Assembly (NCBI GenBank): GCA_965215365.1
Contig: CBDCDS010000003.1
Location: forward strand, 800,001-864,000
Length of the DNA: 64,000 nucleotides
Reading direction: 5' to 3'
DNA from: Gammaproteobacteria bacterium
Lineage (GTDB): Bacteria > Pseudomonadota > Gammaproteobacteria > Eutrophobiales > Eutrophobiaceae
Position 1 is the first letter of the stretch. Every line of letters begins with the position of its first letter. Both the position numbers and the translations under genes were made by a program. Below the pieces are notes generated by a model. The model worked only from the letters and a program-made list of their open reading frames with translations. It was not told the DNA's origin and did not search any database. This document shows, one piece after another, positions 7,790 to 18,085 of this stretch.

Positions 7790-10708
7790 TTACCGTACCA
7801 ACTTGCTTATGCGCTCAACCTCTGCAACTAGTCTGGTAGTGGTAGCTTCCACCTCCGCAAGTTTATCACGTTCCTTCGCTACCACTTGGGCGGGTGCCTT
7901 GTCGATAAAGTTCCGGTTTTGCAGTTTGCCGCTCAGTCGTTGCCGTTCGGCCTCAAGCCGGGCCAGTTGTTTGCCCAGTTTTTCCAGCTCCTCGGCGGGG
8001 TCGATGAGGTCGGCCAAGGGCACCATGAGGGTCATGGAACCGGCTTCGGCGGTGATTGCATCGTCGGGCACCTTAGCCAAACGTTCAACACCGGTGACGC
8101 GGGTCAGCGACCGGATTGGTCTGAGATTGGCCCGCAGCCAGGCCTGTTCCTGTTCGCTGCCGCGGTTGACCTTCAGGTCCAGCGGCTTTCCCGGCGCGAT
8201 ATCACGTTCGGCGCGGATACGCCGCACCCCCAGGATGAATGACTTCAGCCATTCCACCTCAGCCAGCGTCTCAGCATGACTCTCGACCACCTGCTGCCAG
8301 TCCGCCGACGTGGAATAATCCGCCGTCACCGCCTGTGTCGAGTCCACCGCTATGGAAACATTTCCAACTACCCCGCTGGCATCATTTCCTTGCGCGTTAG
8401 AAACGGGGCCGATTATGCCGGCAATCTCCGCGGCAACAGGGTAAGACTGCAACATCACGGTCTCCCCGCCCCGCCCCAGCAACGGCACTACCTTTTGCCA
8501 CAACTCCTCGGTGATAAAAGGCATGAACGGGTGTAACAAGCGCAGCAACAGTTCCAGGTTATGCACCAGGGTGTGCAGCACGCCACGTTTCTGTGCCGCC
8601 GTTGCTTGCGGGTCGTTCAGCACGGGTTTCGACAGCTCCACATACCAATCGCAATACTCATCCCAGGTGAACTCGTATAAGGCCTGGGCTGCCAGATCGA
8701 AGCGATACCCGGCCAGGCTGTGTTCAACCTGTGCCAGGGCCTGCCCCAGGCGGATGCTGATCCAGCATTCGGCGCTACCGTACTGCACGGTACCGGTATT
8801 GACTTCCAAACCCTGCTGCTCGACACTTAGCAGCACATACCGGGTGGCGTTCCAGAGCTTGTTGCAGAAGTTGCGATAACCCTGGATGCGCCCCGTGTCA
8901 AAACGGATGTCGCGCCCTTGGGTGGCCAGCTGGGCGAAGGTAAAACGCAAGGCATCGGCACCGAACGCGGGAATGCCCTGCGGGAATTGCTTGCGCGTCG
9001 CTTGCTCAATGCCGGCCTGCAACTGCGGCTGCATCAGGTTGGCTGTCTGTTTGGATACCAGCGCCTCGAGCTCTATACCGTCGATCAGGTCCAGCGGGTC
9101 CAGGACATTGCCCTTGGACTTGGACATCTTGCGGCCTTGCGAGTCGCGCACCAGGCCGGTCACATAGACCTCCCGGAACGGTACGTCGCCCATGAACTTC
9201 AGTCCCATCATGATCATCCTGGCAACCCAGAAAAAGATGATGTCAAAACCGGTTACCAACACACTGGTGGGGTAAAAGCGTTCCAGCTCACTGGTCTGTT
9301 GCGGCCAGCCCAGGGTGGAAAAAGGCCATAACGCCGAGGAAAACCAGGTGTCCAGCACATCCGGGTCACGGGTCAGCGCCACGGCTTCGGGCAGCCGGTA
9401 TTTGCGGCGCGCCTGGGCTTCGTCCCTGGCTACGTAGATATTGCCGTCGGCATCGTACCAGGCCGGGATGCGGTGCCCCCACCAGAGCTGGCGCGAGATG
9501 CACCAGTCGTTGATGTTGCGCATCCACTCGAAGTAGGTTTTCGACCAGTTCTCCGGCACAAAACGGATGTCCCCGCGTGCCACTGCGGCAATAGCCGGGT
9601 CGGCCAGCGGCTGAATCCTTACGTACCACTGGTCGGTGAGATAAGGCTCGATGATGGCGCCGGAGCGATCACCGCGCGGTGCCATCAGGGTGTGCTCTTC
9701 GATTTTCTCCAGCAAGCCCAGCGCAGTCAGGTCTTCAATGATCCGGTGGCGCGCCTGATAGCGATCCAGGCCCTGGTAAGCGGCGGGAGCGTTGTCGTTG
9801 AGCGCCGCGTCAATAGTGAAGATGTTCAGCAACGGCAGGTTGTGACGCTGCCCCATGTCGTAATCATTGAAATCGTGCGCCGGCGTGATTTTGACGCAGC
9901 CGCTGCCGAAGGCCGGGTCCACATGGTCATCGGCAATCACCGGGATGCTGCGGCCGGTCAGGGGCAGCTCTACCGTTGCCCCTACCAGTTTGCGGTAGCG
10001 CGCGTCATCGGGATGCACCGCCACCGCAGCATCACCCAGCATCGTTTCAGGACGTGTCGTCGCCACCACCAGCGCGCCGTGACCATCCGTGCGCGGGTAG
10101 CGAATATGCCAGAGGTGGCTTTTTTCCTCCTCCGCCAGCACCTCTAAGTCGGAAACGGCCGTGTGCAGCACCGGGTCCCAGTTCACCAGGCGCTTGCCGC
10201 GATAGATCAACCCCTCGTCATAGAGGCGGATAAATACCTCCTGCACGGCTTGCGAGAGACCCTCGTCCATGGTAAAACGTTCCCGGCTCCAGTCCATGGA
10301 CGCGCCCAGGCGCCGCGACTGGCGGCTGATGGTATTGCCGGAATGGGCTTTCCAGTCCCACACCGCCTGCATGAACTGCTCCCGCCCCAGATCATGCCGG
10401 GATTGGCCCTTAGCCTCCAACTGCCGCTCCACCACCATCTGCGTGGCGATGCCGGCATGGTCGGTTCCGCACTGCCACAAGGTGTCATCGCCCCGCATGC
10501 GTCGGTAGCGGATCAATATGTCCATCAGCGTCTGCTGGAAGGCATGCCCCATGTGCAGGCTGCCGGTGACGTTGGGCGGCGGCAGGGCGATGCTGTAGGA
10601 GGCGCGCCCGTCTCGGGGCCCGCCGCGGGGATGAAAATACCCCTGTCGCTCCCACTGTTCATACCAGCGGGCTTCGATGGTTTGGGGATTGTAGGTTTTG
10701 TCCAACAT
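7790..10708 (-). CDS. valS: Valine--tRNA ligase
   Basis: [25 protein letters not shown] and KMSKS motifs, C-terminal coiled coil; start placed at MLDKTYNP (10708). Confidence 0.97.
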   Translation of the reverse strand: MLDKTYNPQTIEARWYEQWERQGYFHPRGGPRDGRASYSIALPPPNVTGSLHMGHAFQQTLMDILIRYRRMRGDDTLWQCGTDHAGIATQMVVERQLEAKGQSRHDLGREQFMQAVWDWKAHSGNTISRQSRRLGASMDWSRERFTMDEGLSQAVQEVFIRLYDEGLIYRGKRLVNWDPVLHTAVSDLEVLAEEEKSHLWHIRYPRTDGHGALVVATTRPETMLGDAAVAVHPDDARYRKLVGATVELPLTGRSIPVIADDHVDPAFGSGCVKITPAHDFNDYDMGQRHNLPLLNIFTIDAALNDNAPAAYQGLDRYQARHRIIEDLTALGLLEKIEEHTLMAPRGDRSGAIIEPYLTDQWYVRIQPLADPAIAAVARGDIRFVPENWSKTYFEWMRNINDWCISRQLWWGHRIPAWYDADGNIYVARDEAQARRKYRLPEAVALTRDPDVLDTWFSSALWPFSTLGWPQQTSELERFYPTSVLVTGFDIIFFWVARMIMMGLKFMGDVPFREVYVTGLVRDSQGRKMSKSKGNVLDPLDLIDGIELEALVSKQTANLMQPQLQAGIEQATRKQFPQGIPAFGADALRFTFAQLATQGRDIRFDTGRIQGYRNFCNKLWNATRYVLLSVEQQGLEVNTGTVQYGSAECWISIRLGQALAQVEHSLAGYRFDLAAQALYEFTWDEYCDWYVELSKPVLNDPQATAAQKRGVLHTLVHNLELLLRLLHPFMPFITEELWQKVVPLLGRGGETVMLQSYPVAAEIAGIIGPVSNAQGNDASGVVGNVSIAVDSTQAVTADYSTSADWQQVVESHAETLAEVEWLKSFILGVRRIRAERDIAPGKPLDLKVNRGSEQEQAWLRANLRPIRSLTRVTGVERLAKVPDDAITAEAGSMTLMVPLADLIDPAEELEKLGKQLARLEAERQRLSGKLQNRNFIDKAPAQVVAKERDKLAEVEATTTRLVAEVERISKLVR

Positions 10709-10736
10709 TACCGCAGCTCCCGGATCAGGCTCCGAA

Positions 10737-11201
10737 TCAGGCACGAGCAGCCCCGATATTGTGGCTGTGCAGTTCCAGCCCTCGGTCACGGTACTCCTGG
10801 TAGCGCGCCCGCGCCTGCCGGCGCGCAGCCGGGTCGGACGGCACGACTTCGACAATGCGTTCATAGCCGTTCACAGCCGCCGGCACCGCGTCGCACAGGT
10901 TAATGAACACCCGCCGCGCCGGGGGGGTCTGTCCGGCCCAGCCGATGACGACCGGATAGTTGTCCAGGTCCTCGGCGGCATCTATGGCGGCATGTGGCAG
11001 GAAGCTGATATCCCGGAAAGTCCAAAGCAAGGTATCCAAGGTTTCGGCCTCCTCCCGGGATGCGGCGTGGATATAGACATCATACCCTCCCTGTCTGGCC
11101 TTCTCCACCAGCTGGCAGACGAAACGATGAGGCATCGTCTGCTCAGCAACGATATAAAAGTCCGCTCTGCTCACGCTAGCCGGCGCGCTGCCTGACGGCA
11201 C
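10737..11201 (-). CDS. holC: DNA polymerase III chi subunit
   Basis: DFY...LD-x-LLWTF-x3-FLPH...ARARY motifs; conserved pepA-holC-valS order. Confidence 0.92.
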   Translation of the reverse strand: MPSGSAPASVSRADFYIVAEQTMPHRFVCQLVEKARQGGYDVYIHAASREEAETLDTLLWTFRDISFLPHAAIDAAEDLDNYPVVIGWAGQTPPARRVFINLCDAVPAAVNGYERIVEVVPSDPAARRQARARYQEYRDRGLELHSHNIGAARA

Positions 11202-11225
11202 TCTTTCCAGCGGATTTTGACATGC

Positions 11226-12725
11226 TCAGGTGTTTTTCTCACATTGCTGAATCAGGTATTCCACCAGCAAGGGCACGGGACGTCCGGTCGCACACTTGTT
11301 TTTGCCGCTGACCCAGGCGGTGCCGGCGATATCCAGGTGCGCCCAGTGGAATTTTCTGGCAAACTTGGACAGGAAACAGGCGGCGGTGATAGTGCCGGCC
11401 TCGCGCCCGCCGATGTTGGCCATGTCCGCGAACGGGCTGTCCAGCTGTTTCTCGTATTCCTCCCACAACGGCAGCTGCCAGGCCCGGTCGCCGGCGTTCA
11501 GCCCGGCCTGCAACAACTCTGCCGCCAGCGGTTCGTGGTTACTCATCAGGCCCGAAGCATGTTTGCCCAGGGCGACTATGCAGGCGCCGGTGAGCGTGGC
11601 AATGTCAACCACTGCGACCGGAGCAAAGCGCTCGCTGTAAGTCAGAGCATCGCACAATATCAGGCGGCCCTCCGCATCCGTATTCAGCACTTCCACAGTC
11701 TGGCCAGACATGCTGGTAAAAATGTCGCCAGGCTTGGTTGCAGTGCTGCTGGGCATATTCTCCACCGCCGGCGTCAGTCCCACCAGATTGATCGGGAGTT
11801 CCATCCCGGCGACGGCAGCCACCGCGCCAAACACCGAGGCGGCACCACACATGTCGAATTTCATCTCATCCATCGCCGCCGCGGGCTTGATCGATATGCC
11901 GCCGGTGTCAAAGGTCACACCTTTCCCTATCAGCGCCACCGGCTTGCTGTCATCCCCCGCGCCCTGGTAACGGAAGACGATCAATTTCCCCGGTTGCGCG
12001 CTGCCTTGGGATACCGACAGCAGGGAATGCATGCCCAGCTCCTTCATTTCCGCCTCATCCAGTACCTTTACGTCCACTGCGGGATAGGTCTTGCCCAACG
12101 CCAGCGCTTGTTCGGCGAGATGAGTCGGCGTGCAGGCGTTGGCCGGGCGATTGGCCAAGTCACGGGTCAGTTTCACGCCTGCGGCCAAGGCCATGCCGCG
12201 CGTCAGCGCGGTATGGCATTGCGCCAGCTCCCGGCGCGTGGGCACCACCAGGGTAATTTTACGCAGGCTTTTTTTGGGTTCATTTTTCTTGCTCTTGAAT
12301 TCATTGAAGCGGTAGAGTTCATGGTCGGCCCATTGCACCGCGTTTTGTATCTTCCAGGGGTAATCCCGCTCCTTGACCTCCAGTTCCGGCAAAAAACTCA
12401 TGGCTTCGGTGGCGCCGGTCTGTTGCAGTTGTTTGACGCCAGCAGTGATAATTTTCCGGTATTGCCGGTCATCGAGGTCAGCCTGCTTGCCGCAGCCGAG
12501 CAGCAACAGGCGTTCGGCGGCGCAGCCGGGCACCTTGTGCAAGAGCAGTGACTGGCCGATTTTTCCGTCCATATCGCCGTTGCGTAACAAGCCGGAGAGG
12601 AAGCCGGCACCCGCGTCGTCCAAAGCCTGGGCGGCGGGGGTTAATTTGCGGGATTCGTACACGCCGGCCAGTACGCAGGCACTACGCTGTTTTACGGGAC
12701 TGCCGCTCTTAATATTGTATTCCAT
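11226..12725 (-). CDS. pepA: Leucyl aminopeptidase
   Basis: GKGVTFDTGG, MKFDM, NTDAEGRL and HLDIAG motifs. Confidence 0.97.
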   Translation of the reverse strand: MEYNIKSGSPVKQRSACVLAGVYESRKLTPAAQALDDAGAGFLSGLLRNGDMDGKIGQSLLLHKVPGCAAERLLLLGCGKQADLDDRQYRKIITAGVKQLQQTGATEAMSFLPELEVKERDYPWKIQNAVQWADHELYRFNEFKSKKNEPKKSLRKITLVVPTRRELAQCHTALTRGMALAAGVKLTRDLANRPANACTPTHLAEQALALGKTYPAVDVKVLDEAEMKELGMHSLLSVSQGSAQPGKLIVFRYQGAGDDSKPVALIGKGVTFDTGGISIKPAAAMDEMKFDMCGAASVFGAVAAVAGMELPINLVGLTPAVENMPSSTATKPGDIFTSMSGQTVEVLNTDAEGRLILCDALTYSERFAPVAVVDIATLTGACIVALGKHASGLMSNHEPLAAELLQAGLNAGDRAWQLPLWEEYEKQLDSPFADMANIGGREAGTITAACFLSKFARKFHWAHLDIAGTAWVSGKNKCATGRPVPLLVEYLIQQCEKNT

Positions 12726-12752
12726 GATATTCTTTCACTGGTTATGATGAGA

Positions 12753-12782
12753 ATAGTAACCTCTGATTTTTAGAGGCGCCTT
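12753..12782. repeat. Short palindromic repeat (family A) in the pepA/lptF divergent spacer
   Basis: atagtaacctctgatttttagaggcgcctt, similar to 1530-1562. Confidence 0.6.
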
Positions 12783-12840
12783 TGTCTCGGATTCTATCTG
12801 ATAACCGGCGTTAACACCAGCTATCCAATAATCCTATCTA

Positions 12841-13956
12841 ATGATCCTGCGCCGCTACATTCACAGAGAAATAGCTGAGAAACTCGGCTGGATCATCGGC
12901 CTGCTGGCGTTGATTATCATGAGTAATCGCTTTGTCAGGTATCTGGCAGATGCCGCCGCCGGGGTCTTTCCCGCCGACCTGGTGTTGCAGTCGCTGCTGA
13001 TGAAAATGCTGGCGACCTTGCCGAAGCTGATGCCCATTGCCATTTTTCTGGCGGTCCTGCTCGGCCTGTCCAGACTGGCGCGCGACCGGGAACTGACCGT
13101 GGTGTCGGCATCCGGCAGTGGCTATCGGGTACAACTGGTCGCGATCCTGCAGTTGTCCCTGCTGTTTTCCCTGATCGTGTTCGCTACCAGTTTTTATGTC
13201 GCGCCCTGGGCCGCGCAGAATACCGCGACCTTGCGCGCCCAGGCTGAAGTGGAAGCGGAGACCGCCGCTGTCGCGGCCGGCAAATTCAACGAAATGAGCA
13301 GGGGAGAGCAGGTCATATATATTGAACGTGCCTCAAGTGACAGGACGCGCATGGAGAACATTTTCCTGCAAGCCCGGCGCGACCAGCAAACCAGTGTGAT
13401 CAACTCACGTAGCGCCAGCTACCGAACTATTGATGACCTGGGCGGCAAGTTCCTGTTATTCGAACACGGACGGCGTTACACCAGCAGCCGCGACGCGCTG
13501 GACTACCAGATAACCCGCTACCGCACTTACGCGGTATTGGTTGAACAGAGCGATGCGCAACGCAACTATATCAAACTGGAGGCAGTGCCGACGGCAACTC
13601 TGCTCGGCTCAGACAACCCACAACACCAGGCTGAATTACAGTGGCGCCTGTCTTTTGTGATTGCCTCATTGTTGCTGCCCGTGCTGGCGTTGGCCCTGAG
13701 CCGTTATTCATTCAGCGAGCAGAAATACTTCGCGGCGTTCGTGGCCGTGCTGATCTACATTATCTACAGCAATCTACTGAGCATTGCGAAAACCATGTTA
13801 AAACGGGATGAGATACCGGCTTTCATCGGCCTCTGGTGGGTGCATCTGGCCTTGCTCGCATTGATTATCTGTGCCTTTGCGTGGCCGCGGCTGCGGCGGC
13901 GGCTGAAGCAGGGGACACCGCGGCCGCAGGCTGCCGGGCACGGCGCGACGGCATGA
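12841..13956 (+). CDS. lptF: LPS export ABC transporter permease LptF
   Basis: MILRRYI-x-RE, RL-x-RDREL and AELQWRLS motifs; divergent from pepA. Confidence 0.92.
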   Translation: MILRRYIHREIAEKLGWIIGLLALIIMSNRFVRYLADAAAGVFPADLVLQSLLMKMLATLPKLMPIAIFLAVLLGLSRLARDRELTVVSASGSGYRVQLVAILQLSLLFSLIVFATSFYVAPWAAQNTATLRAQAEVEAETAAVAAGKFNEMSRGEQVIYIERASSDRTRMENIFLQARRDQQTSVINSRSASYRTIDDLGGKFLLFEHGRRYTSSRDALDYQITRYRTYAVLVEQSDAQRNYIKLEAVPTATLLGSDNPQHQAELQWRLSFVIASLLLPVLALALSRYSFSEQKYFAAFVAVLIYIIYSNLLSIAKTMLKRDEIPAFIGLWWVHLALLALIICAFAWPRLRRRLKQGTPRPQAAGHGATA

Positions 13957-15131
13957 AGATCATACAACGCTATTTCATTGTCAACCTGGTCTGGCCGACC
14001 GCGCTGGCGCTGTTAGTGCTGGTTGGCATTTTTGCGTTTCTATCCTTAATCGACCAACTGGAAGACGCCGGGCAAGCAAATTTCGGCGCCTACGAAGCCG
14101 TTATTTACGTGCTGTTGACCTTGCCCCGGCTGGCTTATGAGATCATGCCTGTGGCAGCGATGATCGGGGGCATGGCCTGTCTGGCGCTGCTCACCCGCAA
14201 CCGCGAACTCGACATTATCAGGCTGGCCGGCGGCTCGGAATCTTCCGTCGCCTGGTTTCTTGGCAACGCAGCTCTGCTCATCATCGTATTTTATATCCTG
14301 CTCGGCGAGTTCGTGGTGCCCGCAACCGAAATAAAAGCCAGGTATCAACGTTCCATTGCCTTGCAGGAACAAATTGCCATGCAAACCCGGTACGGTTTCT
14401 GGGCCCGGGACGGCAACAGTTTCATCAATATCCGCAAGATACTGCCCGGCAACCGCGTCGAGGAAGTCTATATTTACGAATTCGATGAGGAGGCCCGGTT
14501 ACGCAGCAGTATCAGCGCCGAAAACGCCCGTTATAACGACGACCACTGGGTGCTGGAAGGTGTGGAAAGGACGATCATTGATAACGATGGAGTCAGCCTG
14601 GAACGACATGATCGCGCGGCCTGGGCATCCTGGATGGACGATGATTTAATCGACTTGATCATCATCAACCCCTTGTACATGTCGGTATGGAACCTCCGGG
14701 ACAGTATTCGGGCGCTGCAAGCCAATGCGCAGAGCACGGCTGTTTACGAACAGGCGCTCTATGGCAAGCTGACGCGCCCGTTTACCATCCTCGCCATGAT
14801 CCTGCTGTCTGCCCCGCTGGTTGCCGCACGCAGGCACGACGGCGGCCCCGGACAACAGGTCTTTACAGGCGCCCTGATCGGAGTGATCTTCTACTTTGTT
14901 AACTCCGCCGCCGGCCATATCGGCATCGTTTACGGGGCACACCCGCTTATCAGCGCGACCGCGCCCACCCTGCTGCTGTACCTGATATTGTTCAGGCTTT
15001 ACCGACGTAAACCAGCAGTGTCCCGGAGCCGCGGTCATGTAAGGCCCGACGCTCCTTATCGAACAAGCACCAAAGAAATCCGGCGCCCAATACAACCCAG
15101 GATACGCCGGCAAGAAAAAACCTTGCGCTGA
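13953..15131 (+). CDS. lptG: LPS export ABC transporter permease LptG
   Basis: MKIIQRY, GFWARDGNSFINI; ATGA overlap with lptF. Confidence 0.92.
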   Translation: MKIIQRYFIVNLVWPTALALLVLVGIFAFLSLIDQLEDAGQANFGAYEAVIYVLLTLPRLAYEIMPVAAMIGGMACLALLTRNRELDIIRLAGGSESSVAWFLGNAALLIIVFYILLGEFVVPATEIKARYQRSIALQEQIAMQTRYGFWARDGNSFINIRKILPGNRVEEVYIYEFDEEARLRSSISAENARYNDDHWVLEGVERTIIDNDGVSLERHDRAAWASWMDDDLIDLIIINPLYMSVWNLRDSIRALQANAQSTAVYEQALYGKLTRPFTILAMILLSAPLVAARRHDGGPGQQVFTGALIGVIFYFVNSAAGHIGIVYGAHPLISATAPTLLLYLILFRLYRRKPAVSRSRGHVRPDAPYRTSTKEIRRPIQPRIRRQEKTLR

Positions 15132-15423
15132 GGCTTTTCCAGTCCGGCACACGGCCATCCGCGCTGACCAGGTAGATACGCCAGGCGCGCATGCCCAGAG
15201 TTTGGCGCCCCGTTTTCCACTGCCAGACGAAATACAACCAGGCAATAACCAGCAGGTAGGCAGAATATAACGGGTGGCCGGCGCTGAAGGCTACACCGCC
15301 ACTCACGGTCAACGCGGCTAGGGTTGCAAAGAACAACACAGAAAACAACAGGCAGCAGTCATAAATAATAGCCGCCAGCCGGCGCGCCAAGCTGCAAGTG
15401 GCATGATGTTTGGAGTCAGACAT
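14992..15423 (-). CDS. RDD family membrane protein
   Basis: RRLAAIIYD, QTLGMRAW and LHDR-x-SGT motifs; usual neighbour of lptG. Confidence 0.88.
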   Translation of the reverse strand: MSDSKHHATCSLARRLAAIIYDCCLLFSVLFFATLAALTVSGGVAFSAGHPLYSAYLLVIAWLYFVWQWKTGRQTLGMRAWRIYLVSADGRVPDWKSLSARFFLAGVSWVVLGAGFLWCLFDKERRALHDRGSGTLLVYVGKA

Positions 15424-15487
15424 GCCAGGGAAAAGTATATTGACGACAAATATTGCCGACATTGCGCAGTGGAAGCACTGTCTGGTG

Positions 15488-18085
15488 CTACTCTCGGGTT
15501 AAGGCAGCCTCTCCCGACTCTAGGATGGTTCCGATAATGCGTTCTCCCTCTTGCAGCAGGTTCTCAATGGCTGTTATCAGCTTGGTTTCATCATCGCGTA
15601 CTCTGATTCTGTAATCCTGAAAGTTCTCGTCCTGATCATCAATTTCCGTATAAACCATGTTCTCTGCATCCCAGCGTTCCTGTTGCACCCGATAATACCG
15701 GTCCATGTATTTTCTGAGTATGGACACCACAATTTCCTGCAAGCGCATGACACCGCGGTAGTTGTGCGGATACAAAATGGCGTCATCCGCGGTCAGGGCA
15801 TACAGCCTGACCGGGTCGGCGTTGCTCATAATTTCACGGGCTGTCTGTGGCTTCAGCGCAAAATTATTCAAGCCTTTCTGTTCCTTGTACGCCAACAACT
15901 CCAGGTAAATCTGCTGCCAGTCCAGCAACGCCAGCGTGGCCTCGGCAACAGGCCGGTCCTGTCCGGATTGAAATTCCACCTCCTTGACTCCAGCGGCCTT
16001 GCTTTCCAGCAGGTGGATTTTTGTTGACAAATCCAGGCTCACCCGGGCCGCATGGTCAACCTGCAAAAACACATTTTCTTCCTCTGCAAAATGCCGCCCT
16101 GCCGGCGGGCGCGGGGCGATGAGTCCCTTGCCGATTAATTCGGCGTTGGGCCGAATGGGAAGGGCCCATTCACGAAAGCCGGCGCTGGCGACGCCTTCCC
16201 GCTCCAGGTAATTACGAAACTGCGCCATATAGTTGGCGCGCACTGCGAAAATGTTCAGCGTTTCCAGCAGCTTCAAATCATTCGGGTGGTTGCCGGTCAG
16301 GGCCGAGCTGCGTTTCAGTCCGTGTTCGTACCCCTGTAGCCGCACGCCGCGCCCAAATAACTGGATGATTTCCGAGCCTTCCTTGCGCCCGATATTCAGC
16401 AGTCCCATGTTCGATACGCGCCAGGAATTCCATCCCTCCATGAATTTTTTGGCACCGATGAGCACATCGATGCTGGTGTCGTGCGCGGCAATACTGTTGA
16501 ACAGAGAATCGGCCATCGCGTCTTCTTCCAGGGTAATCCCGGCGGCGTCTTGTGCTACCAGTTTTTTGAATTTGCCCACGTCGCCGATATAGATCAACCC
16601 GAAATAGGCTTCGGCAGAGCCCGCTTTCAGCCCGATTTCTCCTCTACAGTTGCGAATGCTGCAAAGGTGCAAACCGCCGCCGCCGGGCGCATGAAACACC
16701 TTGCTCAGAATGTCCTCGTATATTTGTCCGCAATCCATACCGCCACCGTGCAGGTTGTCAAATTTGCCCTTGAACACATCCTCACCATTGGGCGCCGTCA
16801 GGCCACTGCTTCCGTTCAGGATCTTTCCCAGTGCCGCAGTGGCCCAGTGACGCTCGGTCAGAACCCGGTGCAGGAAGCGGGCAACAACCAGCACGTCGCT
16901 GCGTGCCCGGCGGTCTTTGGTATAAACCGCGTTGACGGTGCTGCCGACAAACACCCACAGCGGCTTTTCCAGGTTATACGGGCGCAGGGTCGAGGTCTGT
17001 TCGACAAATATCCGTTTTTGCTGGTAAAACGACAGCAGGTTGCCCAACAGCAACAAGTCGGTTGTGGCTTCGGTGGTTTCATCAGTCAGATTGAGGATAC
17101 GGAAATCCTTGCCGTAGCCGTCGTCGTAAAAGTAACGGTAGGAATAGTCGAAGACGATGGCCTTGCCGTACTCCCTGGTCAGCGCATCCTTACGTGTCGC
17201 CGTCAGGGCCTGACCAAAGGTGGCGCTGTATTCAAAGGTAAAGCCACTCTCACCCAGCACGTTACGTAACTTCAACCAGGCCTTGCCTCCGGCCCCCTTG
17301 TGGCCTTCATCAACCAATACCAGATTGTTGCCGACGAAAGCCTCCACCGGCACGCGCTCGCCGGAACCGCGTTTTTTCTCCGCCAGCTTGGTAATCTCCA
17401 GCACGCGCACGGTGTTCTGTCGCGCCAGCGTCAGGCCGCTTTCATTCAAGGCAAAGCGTTTGGCCGGGATGCCGGATAATGAAAATTCCCTGAGGTGCTG
17501 TTCGCTTAAACCCTCATTCGGGGTGATCAGCAGGATATTATCCGGCGCGGCCTTGCTGTAGTGCAAAAACTGGTGGTAGTTAAGGTGCATGATCAAGGTC
17601 TTGCCACTACCGGTGGCCATCCAGAAAGCCAGCTTCTTCAAGTCACCCCGGGTGAAGCCCTCCTCGAACGAAACATAGCTCATGGAGCTGTGACTGCGCA
17701 GAAAATGGTTCAAATCCTCAAGCAACACTGCCGGACTGTTGAAATACCGGTCCAGGAAAACTTCGGCAAACAACAACGCCACCTGCTGGAAGTATTTCAG
17801 TTTAAGGCCGGGGCGGCGCGTGCTGATGGCGCGTAAATGGGCAAGGATATTGCCGTCATAACGCTCAAGGTCTGCAAACGGGATTTTTACCCGGTTGCCG
17901 CGCGAGGTCAGTCGGCGCAAAGCAAAGCTGTAGCCATCAGCATCAAACCCTTCCGCGGCGCCACTGGTGTCTTGCAACAACTCGCGGTTGTTCTGGTAGC
18001 CGAACTGGTGATACAACCAGGTAAGCAACACCAGTTGTTGCTCAAGTTTGAGGTAGTTGGGTTGTTCGCGCCCGTACAACTGCAT
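15488..18085 (-). CDS. res: Type III restriction-modification Res subunit (SF2 helicase), apparently lacking the C-terminal nuclease domain
   Basis: MATGSGKT Walker A, LVDEGH, EYSATFGQ, KKFMEGW and QLFGRGVRL; no PD-(D/E)xK-like segment seen before the stop. Confidence 0.85.
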   Translation of the reverse strand: MQLYGREQPNYLKLEQQLVLLTWLYHQFGYQNNRELLQDTSGAAEGFDADGYSFALRRLTSRGNRVKIPFADLERYDGNILAHLRAISTRRPGLKLKYFQQVALLFAEVFLDRYFNSPAVLLEDLNHFLRSHSSMSYVSFEEGFTRGDLKKLAFWMATGSGKTLIMHLNYHQFLHYSKAAPDNILLITPNEGLSEQHLREFSLSGIPAKRFALNESGLTLARQNTVRVLEITKLAEKKRGSGERVPVEAFVGNNLVLVDEGHKGAGGKAWLKLRNVLGESGFTFEYSATFGQALTATRKDALTREYGKAIVFDYSYRYFYDDGYGKDFRILNLTDETTEATTDLLLLGNLLSFYQQKRIFVEQTSTLRPYNLEKPLWVFVGSTVNAVYTKDRRARSDVLVVARFLHRVLTERHWATAALGKILNGSSGLTAPNGEDVFKGKFDNLHGGGMDCGQIYEDILSKVFHAPGGGGLHLCSIRNCRGEIGLKAGSAEAYFGLIYIGDVGKFKKLVAQDAAGITLEEDAMADSLFNSIAAHDTSIDVLIGAKKFMEGWNSWRVSNMGLLNIGRKEGSEIIQLFGRGVRLQGYEHGLKRSSALTGNHPNDLKLLETLNIFAVRANYMAQFRNYLEREGVASAGFREWALPIRPNAELIGKGLIAPRPPAGRHFAEEENVFLQVDHAARVSLDLSTKIHLLESKAAGVKEVEFQSGQDRPVAEATLALLDWQQIYLELLAYKEQKGLNNFALKPQTAREIMSNADPVRLYALTADDAILYPHNYRGVMRLQEIVVSILRKYMDRYYRVQQERWDAENMVYTEIDDQDENFQDYRIRVRDDETKLITAIENLLQEGERIIGTILESGEAALTRE

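Noticed and set aside
10709-10864. N-terminal extension of ValS
   Set aside because: It overlaps holC; the conserved ValS start is MLDKTYNP at 10708.
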